Shown: positions 1-7,926 of the stretch, in pieces | How positions within the stretch are numbered: the stretch's first letter is position 1 | Layout of the letters: the number at the start of each line of letters is the position of its first letter | Source: Candidatus Latescibacterota bacterium | GTDB lineage: Bacteria > Latescibacterota > UBA2968 > UBA8231 | Length of the DNA stretch: 64,000 bases | Reading direction: 5' to 3' | Assembly: GCA_965217585.1 (NCBI GenBank) | Contig: OZ244561.1 | Location: 5,888,001 to 5,952,000, forward strand | The notes under the pieces: generated by a model | The model's input: only the letters and a program-made list of their open reading frames with translations | Databases searched by the model: none | What the model was told of the DNA's origin: nothing | Position numbers and translations under genes: made by a program

Positions 1-73
1 CTCTTTCGGAGATGTTGGTTTAAAATATTGTATTGATAGAATATAGAATAATAAGTGCTGTCTGGTCGGTTCA

Positions 74-102
74 TTGACACTTACGTTCACGTCAAGTACA
101 TT
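74..102 (+). promoter_or_regulatory. sigma70-type promoter of the merR-iscA-iscS-moeB operon with a palindromic operator in the spacer
   Basis: TTGACA (74-79), 17-bp spacer, TACATT (97-102). The spacer holds TTACGT-NN-ACGTCA, similar to the TTACGTnnACGTAA sites of LiuR-type MerR regulators. Confidence 0.7.
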
Positions 103-135
103 GCTTGCCAGAACTTTGCAGCGAAGGATGTCTCC

Positions 136-597
136 ATGCAAATAGGGGATTTGGCCGCTAAGGCCGGGGTCACGCCACGCACGATTCGCTACTATGAAGA
201 ATTGGGAATCGTCGAGCCAGAGGAACGCACTGCAGGCGGGTTTCGCCTGTATTCGGAAGCGCAATTGCGTCGCTTGCAAATTGTCCAAAGCCTCAAGGAT
301 TTGGGGTTTGGGCTAGAGCACATCCGCGCGTTCTTCAACCTGAAGCACTGCAACGAGTCTGGGGGCGGCTTGGCGCGCGAGCTCGTCGAGCATCTGGCCG
401 AGCAAGAGCGCCGGATCGACGAGCGCATTCGCCAGTATTCGCTTATGAAGGAGCGGAATCGGCGAGCCATTGAAATTCTCAGTGGCTGTTTTTGTTGTAA
501 GGTCAAGGTCGTCGAGCGGGATTGCCACCACTGCGAGGTCTATCGGAAGCACGACGAGGTTCCCGACCTCATCGAGTGCGCCATTTACGAATCTTGA
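136..597 (+). CDS. MerR-family transcriptional regulator with Cys-rich C-terminus
   Basis: MQIGDLAAKAGVTPRTIRYYEELG..GGFRLY is a MerR HTH. C-terminus has CFCC-x8-CHHC. ATG at 136 follows AAGGA. Confidence 0.92.
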   Translation: MQIGDLAAKAGVTPRTIRYYEELGIVEPEERTAGGFRLYSEAQLRRLQIVQSLKDLGFGLEHIRAFFNLKHCNESGGGLARELVEHLAEQERRIDERIRQYSLMKERNRRAIEILSGCFCCKVKVVERDCHHCEVYRKHDEVPDLIECAIYES

Positions 598-609
598 GGG
601 GATGTAATT

Positions 610-933
610 ATGGTAACTATAACGGAAGCCGCGGCTGAAAAGATCAGGGATTTGCTCGGCGAACAGAGCAACGAGGGACACGGATTGCGCATGGGCGTGA
701 TGGGTGGGGGGTGTTCGGGGTTCCAGTACAAGCTGGATTTCGAGCAAAGTGCCGGCGACATGGACCACGTCTTTGAAATCGCCGGCGTCAAGATCTTCAT
801 CGACATGAAGAGCAGCCTCTATCTCAGCGGCGTGACGCTCGACTACCACGACGGGCTGATGGGGGCGGGCTTTAAGATCGAAAATCCCAATGCCCGCACT
901 ACCTGCGGATGCGGTGAGTCCTTCAGCGCCTGA
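610..933 (+). CDS. iscA: A-type Fe-S cluster carrier (IscA/ErpA/HesB)
   Basis: GGGCSG and C-terminal TCGCGESF motifs. Confidence 0.93.
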   Translation: MVTITEAAAEKIRDLLGEQSNEGHGLRMGVMGGGCSGFQYKLDFEQSAGDMDHVFEIAGVKIFIDMKSSLYLSGVTLDYHDGLMGAGFKIENPNARTTCGCGESFSA

Positions 934-943
934 GCGACGGGCT

Positions 944-2113
944 GTGCAAATTCCAGTCTATATGGACAACATGGCTACCACGCCGGTTGACCCGCGCGTC
1001 TTGGCGGACATGTTGCCGTACTTCGGCACGCACTTCGGCAATGCGTCCAGCAAGACCCACGCCTTTGGTTTGGCAGCCGCCGATGCCGTCGAAAAGGCGC
1101 GGGAAGAGGTGGCCGGGTTGATTGGCGCGCGCGCTCAGGAGATCGTCTTTACAGCCGGAGCTACGGAGGCCAACAATTTGGCCATAAAAGGCGCGTTCCA
1201 GATGGCGCCCCCTGGAGCGCACATCGTCACCTGTGCCATTGAGCACAAGGCCGTCTTGGAGTGTTGCCACACCTTGGAGCAGCAAGGGGTGGAGGTAACT
1301 TATTTGCCCGTGGACCGCGACGGTCAGATCGACCTCGACCAGCTAGCGGCGGCAATCACTCGGCGGACGGTCCTCATCTCGCTCATGGCCGCCAACAACG
1401 AGATTGGGGTTTTGCAACCGCTGGCGGCGATTGGGCAGCTAGCTCGCGAGCGCGGCGTCTTGTGGCACTGCGACGCAGCTCAAGCCGTCGGCAAGGTGCC
1501 GCTCGATGTGGAAGCGCTCGGCATCGACCTGCTCTCGGTCTCCGGCCACAAGCTCTACGCTCCCAAAGGCGTCGGCTTCCTCTACGTGCGCTCGCGCAAG
1601 CCGCGCGTGCGCTTGCAGGCCCAAGTCGAGGGCGGCGGGCAGGAGCGCGGCCTGCGTGGCGGCACCCTCAATGTGCCGGGGATCGTCGGTTTAGGGTGCG
1701 CCTGTCAGTTAGGGCGCGAGGAGATGCCCGCAGAAGCGGCGCGGCTGGTGCAAATGCGGCGGCGGCTATGCGCCGGGCTAGAGGCCGCGGGTCCCTTGGT
1801 TGTCAACGGCCATGCGGAAGAGCGCCTGCCGGGCAACCTCAACGTGAGCTTTCCCGGAGTTGACGGAACCGAACTGCTCTTGGGATTGCGCGAGATCGCG
1901 CTGTCTTCGGGTGCGGCCTGTTCATCGCGGACGAGCGTGCCCTCACACGTCCTCAGAGCCATCGGCGCAAGCGACGATTTGGCGCGGGCCTCCCTGCGCT
2001 TTGGGTTGGGGCGTTTTAATACTATGGCAGAAGTGGAGTTTGCCATCGACCGCACAGCCGCGCAGGTTGCACGCTTGCGCGACTGTGCATTAGCAATCGA
2101 GGAGAGAGTATGA
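944..2113 (+). CDS. iscS: cysteine desulfurase (IscS/NifS)
   Basis: YMDNMATTP, SGHK (PLP lysine), SSGAACSS catalytic Cys loop. Start moved to GTG 944. Confidence 0.93.
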   Translation: MQIPVYMDNMATTPVDPRVLADMLPYFGTHFGNASSKTHAFGLAAADAVEKAREEVAGLIGARAQEIVFTAGATEANNLAIKGAFQMAPPGAHIVTCAIEHKAVLECCHTLEQQGVEVTYLPVDRDGQIDLDQLAAAITRRTVLISLMAANNEIGVLQPLAAIGQLARERGVLWHCDAAQAVGKVPLDVEALGIDLLSVSGHKLYAPKGVGFLYVRSRKPRVRLQAQVEGGGQERGLRGGTLNVPGIVGLGCACQLGREEMPAEAARLVQMRRRLCAGLEAAGPLVVNGHAEERLPGNLNVSFPGVDGTELLLGLREIALSSGAACSSRTSVPSHVLRAIGASDDLARASLRFGLGRFNTMAEVEFAIDRTAAQVARLRDCALAIEERV

Positions 2114-3297
2114 CTGTTACATCCAATCAGCTACTAGAGAGCGTAAAGGCCGAGATCGCCGAAGTGACCCCGGCCGAGATCCAATCAGCCCGCCAAGCTG
2201 GCCGGCCGGTTCACCTCGTAGATGTGCGCGAGCGGGAAGAGGTCATGGACGGCTATATCCCAGGGGCCGAGTTGATCCCACGCGGTTTTTTGGAGCTCAA
2301 CGTCGAAGAAGACGTGACCGTAGATCGCGACGCGGAAATCGTGCTCTATTGTGCCGGAGGCAACCGCTCGGCCTTGGCAGTGCGCGATTTGGCCTTTATG
2401 GGCTACACCAATGCCAAGTCCATGATCGGCGGTTTCAAAGGCTGGAAGGATGCCGGCTATGCGATCGAGCAGGGTGGCCTGCTCTCCGAAGAGGACTTGC
2501 AGCGCTACGCCCGGCATCTCATCCTGCCCGAAGTCGGGGAGAAGGGGCAACAGCAGTTGCTCAAGGGGCGGGTGCTGCTGGTGGGAGCGGGTGGTTTGGG
2601 TTGCCCGACGGCCCTGTACTTGGCCGCGGCCGGCGTCGGCAAGATCGGCTTGGTAGATGCCGATGTCGTCGATAAAAGCAACTTGCAGCGGCAAGTGCTT
2701 TTCGGCGAGTCCGATCTCGGTCGGCCCAAAGTCGAGGCCGCCCGCGACCGGCTGCTCGATATCAATCCCGGCATCGAGGTACACACGCACTACGAGCTAC
2801 TGACGTCGCACAATATTTTCGAGGTCATGGATGGCTACGACATCGTAGTCAATGGCTGCGACAACTTCCCGACCCGCTATTTGGTCAACGACGCGGCCGT
2901 AATGCAAAAGAAGCCCGTGGTTGACGGCAGCATTTTTCGCTTTGAAGGTCAAGCCACCGTGTACGTGCCCGGGGACGGCCCGTGCTATCGCTGCCTCTAT
3001 CCCGAGCCGCCGCCGCCTGGGGAGGTGCCTAGCTGCGCCGAGGGTGGGGTCTTAGGGGTCTTGCCGGGCATCATCGGGTTAGTGCAGGCCACCGAGGTCG
3101 TCAAGCTGCTCTTGGGACAGGGCACCTCCTTGGTGGGGAGGGTGATGCTCTACGACGCGATGGAGATGAAATTCCGCGAACTCAAGCTCCGGCGCGACAG
3201 TGAGTGCCCGGTGTGTGGCGACAGCCCGACCGTCACCGAGCTGATTGACTACGAGCAGTTTTGCGGCCTGCCCTCGCATAGCGAGGCCGCGGGTTGA
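2110..3297 (+). CDS. moeB: MoeB/ThiF E1-like adenylyltransferase with N-terminal rhodanese domain (MoeZ-type)
   Basis: Rhodanese LYCAGGNRS; RYARH, GAGGLG, SNLQRQ; Zn motifs CYRC and CPVC. Confidence 0.9.
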   Translation: MTVTSNQLLESVKAEIAEVTPAEIQSARQAGRPVHLVDVREREEVMDGYIPGAELIPRGFLELNVEEDVTVDRDAEIVLYCAGGNRSALAVRDLAFMGYTNAKSMIGGFKGWKDAGYAIEQGGLLSEEDLQRYARHLILPEVGEKGQQQLLKGRVLLVGAGGLGCPTALYLAAAGVGKIGLVDADVVDKSNLQRQVLFGESDLGRPKVEAARDRLLDINPGIEVHTHYELLTSHNIFEVMDGYDIVVNGCDNFPTRYLVNDAAVMQKKPVVDGSIFRFEGQATVYVPGDGPCYRCLYPEPPPPGEVPSCAEGGVLGVLPGIIGLVQATEVVKLLLGQGTSLVGRVMLYDAMEMKFRELKLRRDSECPVCGDSPTVTELIDYEQFCGLPSHSEAAG

Positions 3298-3323
3298 TCT
3301 CGATTCACAGTTATTATTTGCAC

Positions 3324-3359
3324 GGCGCTCTCTCGCACTAGAGGGAGCGCCTTTTCTTT
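3324..3359 (+). terminator. intrinsic terminator
   Basis: GGCGCTCTCTC-loop-GAGGGAGCGCC followed by TTTTCTTT after moeB. Confidence 0.8.
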
Positions 3360-3371
3360 GGGGAGAATTTG

Positions 3372-3974
3372 ATGGAGCAGACCGGGGCGGGTTTTTTGGC
3401 GTTACCGGATAACCCAGACCGGGATCCGACGTTGGTTTGGCGGGAAGTTTTTGGCAACGACCAGCCGGTGGAGGTCGAAATCGGCATTGGCAAAGGACGC
3501 TTTATCATCGACGCGGCCAGTCGTCAGCCCGCAGTGAATTTCGTTGGGGTCGAATGGGCGGCCAAATACGTGCGCATTGCCCGCCAGCGCGCCGCGCGCC
3601 GCAATCTCGACAACGTGCGGTTCGCGCACGTGGATGCGCGGGAATTCGTCGAGTTCTTCGTGGCCGCTGCATCGGTGCGAGCCTATCACATCTACTTTCC
3701 CGATCCCTGGCCCAAGAAGCGGCACCACAAGCGGCGACTCTTTAACGAGGAATTTCTGCGCGAAGTCGAGCGCACTTTGTGCGTGGGCGGTCAGTTGTGG
3801 CTGGCCACGGATTACGCCGACTATTTCGACGTCATGCTCGCCGCGCTGGAAACTAGCCCGTGCTTAGTGGAGGCGGATGTCGAGTGGCTGGGGGCGCGGA
3901 CGAATTACGAAGACAAGTTCATAGCCCAGGGCAAGCCGATCTACCGCCGGGTCATGGAGAAGATGCCGGCGTAA
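3372..3974 (+). CDS. trmB: tRNA (guanine-N7)-methyltransferase
   Basis: EIGIGKG, FPDPWPKKRHHKRRL, ATD, TNYE motifs. Confidence 0.95.
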   Translation: MEQTGAGFLALPDNPDRDPTLVWREVFGNDQPVEVEIGIGKGRFIIDAASRQPAVNFVGVEWAAKYVRIARQRAARRNLDNVRFAHVDAREFVEFFVAAASVRAYHIYFPDPWPKKRHHKRRLFNEEFLREVERTLCVGGQLWLATDYADYFDVMLAALETSPCLVEADVEWLGARTNYEDKFIAQGKPIYRRVMEKMPA

Positions 3975-3994
3975 AGGTATCCATCGAGCACGCA

Positions 3995-4030
3995 AAAAGG
4001 GGTTGGACCACGCGATGGCCAACCCCTTTT
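3995..4030. terminator. bidirectional intrinsic terminator
   Basis: AAAAGGGGTTGG...CCAACCCCTTTT inverted repeat after trmB. Confidence 0.8.
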
Positions 4031-4176
4031 CTATGTCAAGATGACAGTAGAGGCGATAATTAAAGAGAGCGGGTAGTAATTGGGGCACACACAAGATAGT
4101 GTGATATGCACACAAATAAGTGTAATTCATTCTTTAAAATGGCCGTATCTATCTGAAAAATATGGAAAAAATGTGC

Positions 4177-4240
4177 TTGACAGCCCTATTCCTATAGGTG
4201 TATTTTGGAAAGTGGTGGAAAGTGGTGGAAAGTGGTGGAA
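4177..4240 (+). promoter_or_regulatory. dcw promoter with MraZ-binding tandem repeats
   Basis: TTGACA 4177-4182 and TATTTT 4201-4206, then three perfect AGTGGTGGAA repeats (4211-4240), i.e. GTGG at a 10-bp period, the known MraZ operator pattern. Confidence 0.85.
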
Positions 4241-4269
4241 CGGAAGTTTTAACTTGGTGTGGGCATCAA

Positions 4270-4704
4270 ATGGCACAGTTTTTCACAGGGAGACACGAGG
4301 TTCCTGTCGATGACAAGGGACGGATTTTTGTGCCTGCGGAGTTCCGCAAGAAACTGCCGCCAGAAGCTGACGACACACTCGTGGTGGTGCGGGGTTTCGA
4401 CCGATGCCTGACGGCCTATCCCCAGCACACTTGGGAAGAGACCGCTCAAAAGCTGTTAGACTTGCCCCAGACCAATCCCGAAGTGAGGGCCTTTATCCGC
4501 TCCATGCTCTCGCGCGCAGCTGAAGTCAAAATGGACCGGCAGGGGCGAATCGGTATTCGGCGAGATCTCTTGAAGCTCGCTAATATCAACGGCCAGATGG
4601 TGATTATTGGAGTTTTGAACAAGTTGGAGTTTTGGAATCCAGACGACTGCGAGGAGTTCCCGCCCATGGAAGAAGTGGCGGATAGCTTCGATATAAACCT
4701 GTAA
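4270..4704 (+). CDS. mraZ: division/cell wall cluster transcriptional repressor MraZ
   Basis: VDDKGRIFVP and MDRQGRI repeats; first gene of the dcw cluster. Confidence 0.95.
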   Translation: MAQFFTGRHEVPVDDKGRIFVPAEFRKKLPPEADDTLVVVRGFDRCLTAYPQHTWEETAQKLLDLPQTNPEVRAFIRSMLSRAAEVKMDRQGRIGIRRDLLKLANINGQMVIIGVLNKLEFWNPDDCEEFPPMEEVADSFDINL

Positions 4705-4734
4705 AGAATTAAACAATGCTAAACTGGGAACAAC

Positions 4735-5661
4735 ATGGCGTACCACATTCCGGTCATGGTCGAGGAAGTGGTCGCGGGGCTGGTCGCCGATCCGGACGGA
4801 GCGTACGTGGATGCGACGGTCGGCGGCGGCGGCCACAGTTGGGCATTGCTTCAGGCCCTCGGTCCCAAGGGGCGATTGCTCGCAGTGGATCGGGACCAGG
4901 AAGCCGTAGCGGCAGCGCAAGCGAGGTTGGCGACAGATACGCGGGTCGTCGTGAGGCGAGGCCGCTTTGCCGAATTGAACGAGTTGCTGGCGCGGGAGGG
5001 GATCGGGCCCTTGAGCGGAGTTCTGTTCGACTTAGGGGTTTCCTCACATCAGATCGATGCACCGGCCCGGGGATTCAGCTACCAGGCCGACGGGCCTCTC
5101 GACATGCGGATGGATGCGGAAGTTGGTCCCACGGCTGCCGAATTGATCGCGACGTGCAGCGAGGCCGAGTTGGCCGAGCTGATTGCGCGCTACGGAGAAG
5201 AGCGCGCGGCGCGGCGGATCGCGCGCTCGATCTGCCGGCAGCGGCAGCTCGAGCCCTTGACCACTACGCAGGCTTTGCGGCAGGCTGTAGCGGCTACACG
5301 GCCCCAGATGCTCAACAAGACGCTGGCGCGCGTGTTCCAAGCGTTGCGCATTGCCGTCAACGACGAGTTGGGGCAGTTGCAGGCGGGGTTGGCGGCTGTG
5401 GAGGCAGGGCTGAAGCCCGGCGGCCGGCTGGCCGTCATGGCCTATCACTCCTTGGAGGATCGGTTGGTCAAGCAGCATCTCGCGGCACTGGTGCGCGGCT
5501 GTATTTGTCCGCCGCGCTTGCCCGTTTGCACCTGCGGGCGGAAACCGTCGTTCAAGCGAGTGGGTCACAAGTTGCAGAGGGCGAGCGAGGCCGAGGTGAA
5601 ACAAAATACTCGGGCGCGCAGCGCCGTTTTGAGAATCTACGAAAAAATCGAGGCAGGCTAA
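4735..5661 (+). CDS. rsmH: 16S rRNA m4C1402 methyltransferase
   Basis: HIPVM, DATVGGGGHS, DLGVSSHQ, FQALRIAVNDEL, YHSLEDR. Confidence 0.97.
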   Translation: MAYHIPVMVEEVVAGLVADPDGAYVDATVGGGGHSWALLQALGPKGRLLAVDRDQEAVAAAQARLATDTRVVVRRGRFAELNELLAREGIGPLSGVLFDLGVSSHQIDAPARGFSYQADGPLDMRMDAEVGPTAAELIATCSEAELAELIARYGEERAARRIARSICRQRQLEPLTTTQALRQAVAATRPQMLNKTLARVFQALRIAVNDELGQLQAGLAAVEAGLKPGGRLAVMAYHSLEDRLVKQHLAALVRGCICPPRLPVCTCGRKPSFKRVGHKLQRASEAEVKQNTRARSAVLRIYEKIEAG

Positions 5662-5662
5662 T

Positions 5663-5962
5663 ATGAGCAAAGGCGGAATTTCCTGTGTGAAGTACGTGCT
5701 CCTCATAGGGATGCTGGCCGGGGCGGCCCTCTTCCACGTCTGGCAAAAGGTCGAAATGGCCCGGGTGGCCGGCGGCATTAACACGGCTGAGACGCAAATA
5801 GTCGAACTCGACAGAGAGCGCACCCAGCTATTGGCGGCCATCTCGGTGCGGAAAAACTCCGGTTTTGTCGAGAAGGTGGCCCTCGGCCAGCTCGGCATGA
5901 TCTACCCCTCGAAAACTGTGGATAGCATGGGCGGCGCATTGGCGCATTGGGAAGGAGATTGA
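5663..5962 (+). CDS. ftsL: cell division protein FtsL
   Basis: 99 aa, single TM followed by coiled coil ending LGM, between rsmH and the PBP gene. Confidence 0.8.
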   Translation: MSKGGISCVKYVLLIGMLAGAALFHVWQKVEMARVAGGINTAETQIVELDRERTQLLAAISVRKNSGFVEKVALGQLGMIYPSKTVDSMGGALAHWEGD

Positions 5963-7926
5963 TGGGGCCACGGGTACAACATACGGGCATTGGTCGACTG
6001 CGCTGGGTCGTGGTTTTGGGCGCGGTGGCGTGGTTGGGTTTGTCTGCACGCCTCGTCCAAATCCAGATCTTCAGGCACGAGGCGTACAGCGCTGAGGCCC
6101 ACGAGCAGTACCTTGAGCGCCGCACCCTGAAAGCGAGTCGGGGTCGGGTTGTAGATCGGCGCGGCAACAACTTGGCCGTAGATGTCCAAGCCACGTCGTT
6201 TTACGCCAATCCCGAGCAGGTTGAGGAACCCAAGCGCGTAGCCGTCCACTTCGCGCTCCTGAGCGATAATCGGGCCGAGTCCATCGAGCGCCAATTGCGC
6301 GGGGACAAGCAATTTATCTATCTGGCGCGTCAGGTAGTTGACGCGAATGTGGGCGAGGTCGCATACGCCGGTGTGTTCCAACACCCGGAGACCCGCCGCC
6401 AGTACCCCTTGGGGCCGCTGGCCGGCCAACTCATCGGGCACACCAACATCGACAACAGCGGTCGCGAGGGGATTGAGCGGACCTTCGACGACATACTGCG
6501 CGAAAAGGACGGCTCGATATTGGAATACGTCGATGCGCGGGGCAAGCAAGTACCCGGGCGGCATCAGCGACGCGAAGAGCCGGAGCACGGCCGCGACCTT
6601 ATGCTGACCATCGACGCGGTCTATCAGAGCATTCTAGAGGAAGAGTTGCAACGGGCCATCGACGGCTCAAAGGCCCAAGGTGCTTTGGGCGTCATCATCG
6701 CCCCGCGCAGCGGCGAGGTGCTGGCCATGGCCAACCTGCCGCTTTTCGACCCTAATAAGGCGTCCCGCTCGTCGCCGGAACTCAGGCGCAACCGCGCGAT
6801 AACCGACGTGTACGAACCCGGTTCGACCTTCAAAGTCATCGCGGCCGCCGCCGTCCTCGAAGACGGGCTGGCCAGCCTGCATGATCGCGTCTTTTGCGAG
6901 CAGGGAATATTCAAGTTGGCCAATGGGGACGCGATCCGCGATGTCCAGCCCCACGGCGATTTGCTCTTTGCTCAGGTCTTGGAAAAATCGAGCAACATCG
7001 GCACGATCAAGCTGGCGCAGCGGCTGTCGCGGCCGCGCTTTTACGAATACATCCGCAATTTTGGCTTTGCCATTCGCACTGGCATTGACTTGCCGGCGGA
7101 AACGTCTGGTTTATTACAGGAGGTCGATCAGTGGTCCAAGCGGTCGCTGGCGACCATCGCCATCGGGCAGGAAATCGGCGTGACGGCCCTACAGCTCGCC
7201 ATGGCGTACGGGGCCATTGCCAACGGCGGCGTGCTGATGGCACCGCGGCTCGTCGCCGGTACGATTGGGCCGGACGGTCGGCTCGACGATCGCGGCGGTC
7301 CCCAGCCGATCCGCCGGGTCGTGAGCCGGCAGACGGCAGCGACGCTGAGCGAGGTGCTGACCGGAGTCGTGGAAAAGGGCACCGGGCAAAAGGCCCGCAT
7401 CAAAGGCGTGGCCGTGGCTGGGAAGACGGGCACGGCCCAGTGCGCTATAACCGGTGGCAGCGGCTACGACCCCAATGCCAGAATCGCTTCATTCGTCGGC
7501 TTTCTGCCGGCCGACGATCCCCAGTATGTGTGCGTGGTCATGGTCGAAAACCCCCGTGTGAACGGGTGGGGAGGATACGTAGCGGCCCCAGCCTTCCGCC
7601 GGGTGATGGAGCGGATCATCAGCACGCCCGGCGGCCTGTGGGTCGAGCCGGCTGCCAAACATCCGCAGAAAGAGGAGCCAGCCGTGCCGGACCTGCGCGG
7701 CATGACCCAAGCGGTCGCCCGCTTTCAGGCAAAGATGCGGGGATTGCCGGTGGCCTTTTCCGGCGCGGGCACCGTGGTCGTCAATCAGTCACCCCTGCCG
7801 GGCCGGGCTGGCCGCGTCGAGCAAATCAACTGCACGCTGGGCGATGGGGTCGCCCGCAGCCCGTGGAAAATGCGGCAGGCGCGCCTCGTCGGAAACATTC
7901 CAGCCCAAAGTTCGAGAGGTATTTAG
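5962..7926 (+). CDS. ftsI: class B penicillin-binding protein (FtsI/PBP3) with C-terminal PASTA-like domain
   Basis: RGRVVDR, EPGSTFK (SxxK), SSN, KTG; VPDLRG PASTA start. Confidence 0.93.
   Translation: MGPRVQHTGIGRLRWVVVLGAVAWLGLSARLVQIQIFRHEAYSAEAHEQYLERRTLKASRGRVVDRRGNNLAVDVQATSFYANPEQVEEPKRVAVHFALLSDNRAESIERQLRGDKQFIYLARQVVDANVGEVAYAGVFQHPETRRQYPLGPLAGQLIGHTNIDNSGREGIERTFDDILREKDGSILEYVDARGKQVPGRHQRREEPEHGRDLMLTIDAVYQSILEEELQRAIDGSKAQGALGVIIAPRSGEVLAMANLPLFDPNKASRSSPELRRNRAITDVYEPGSTFKVIAAAAVLEDGLASLHDRVFCEQGIFKLANGDAIRDVQPHGDLLFAQVLEKSSNIGTIKLAQRLSRPRFYEYIRNFGFAIRTGIDLPAETSGLLQEVDQWSKRSLATIAIGQEIGVTALQLAMAYGAIANGGVLMAPRLVAGTIGPDGRLDDRGGPQPIRRVVSRQTAATLSEVLTGVVEKGTGQKARIKGVAVAGKTGTAQCAITGGSGYDPNARIASFVGFLPADDPQYVCVVMVENPRVNGWGGYVAAPAFRRVMERIISTPGGLWVEPAAKHPQKEEPAVPDLRGMTQAVARFQAKMRGLPVAFSGAGTVVVNQSPLPGRAGRVEQINCTLGDGVARSPWKMRQARLVGNIPAQSSRGI

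Noticed and set aside
55-135. N-terminal extension of the MerR ORF in the ORF track
   Set aside because: Overlaps the promoter and operator; the HTH starts at ATG 136
4211-4240. Tandem AGTGGTGGAA repeats as CRISPR or microsatellite
   Set aside because: No spacers; period and position match the known MraZ operator
4716-5898. Long overlapping or antisense ORFs (e.g. 4716-5666, 5044-5898 and many similar across the window)
   Set aside because: Arg/Gly/Pro-rich shadow frames expected in GC-rich DNA; no motifs or RBS
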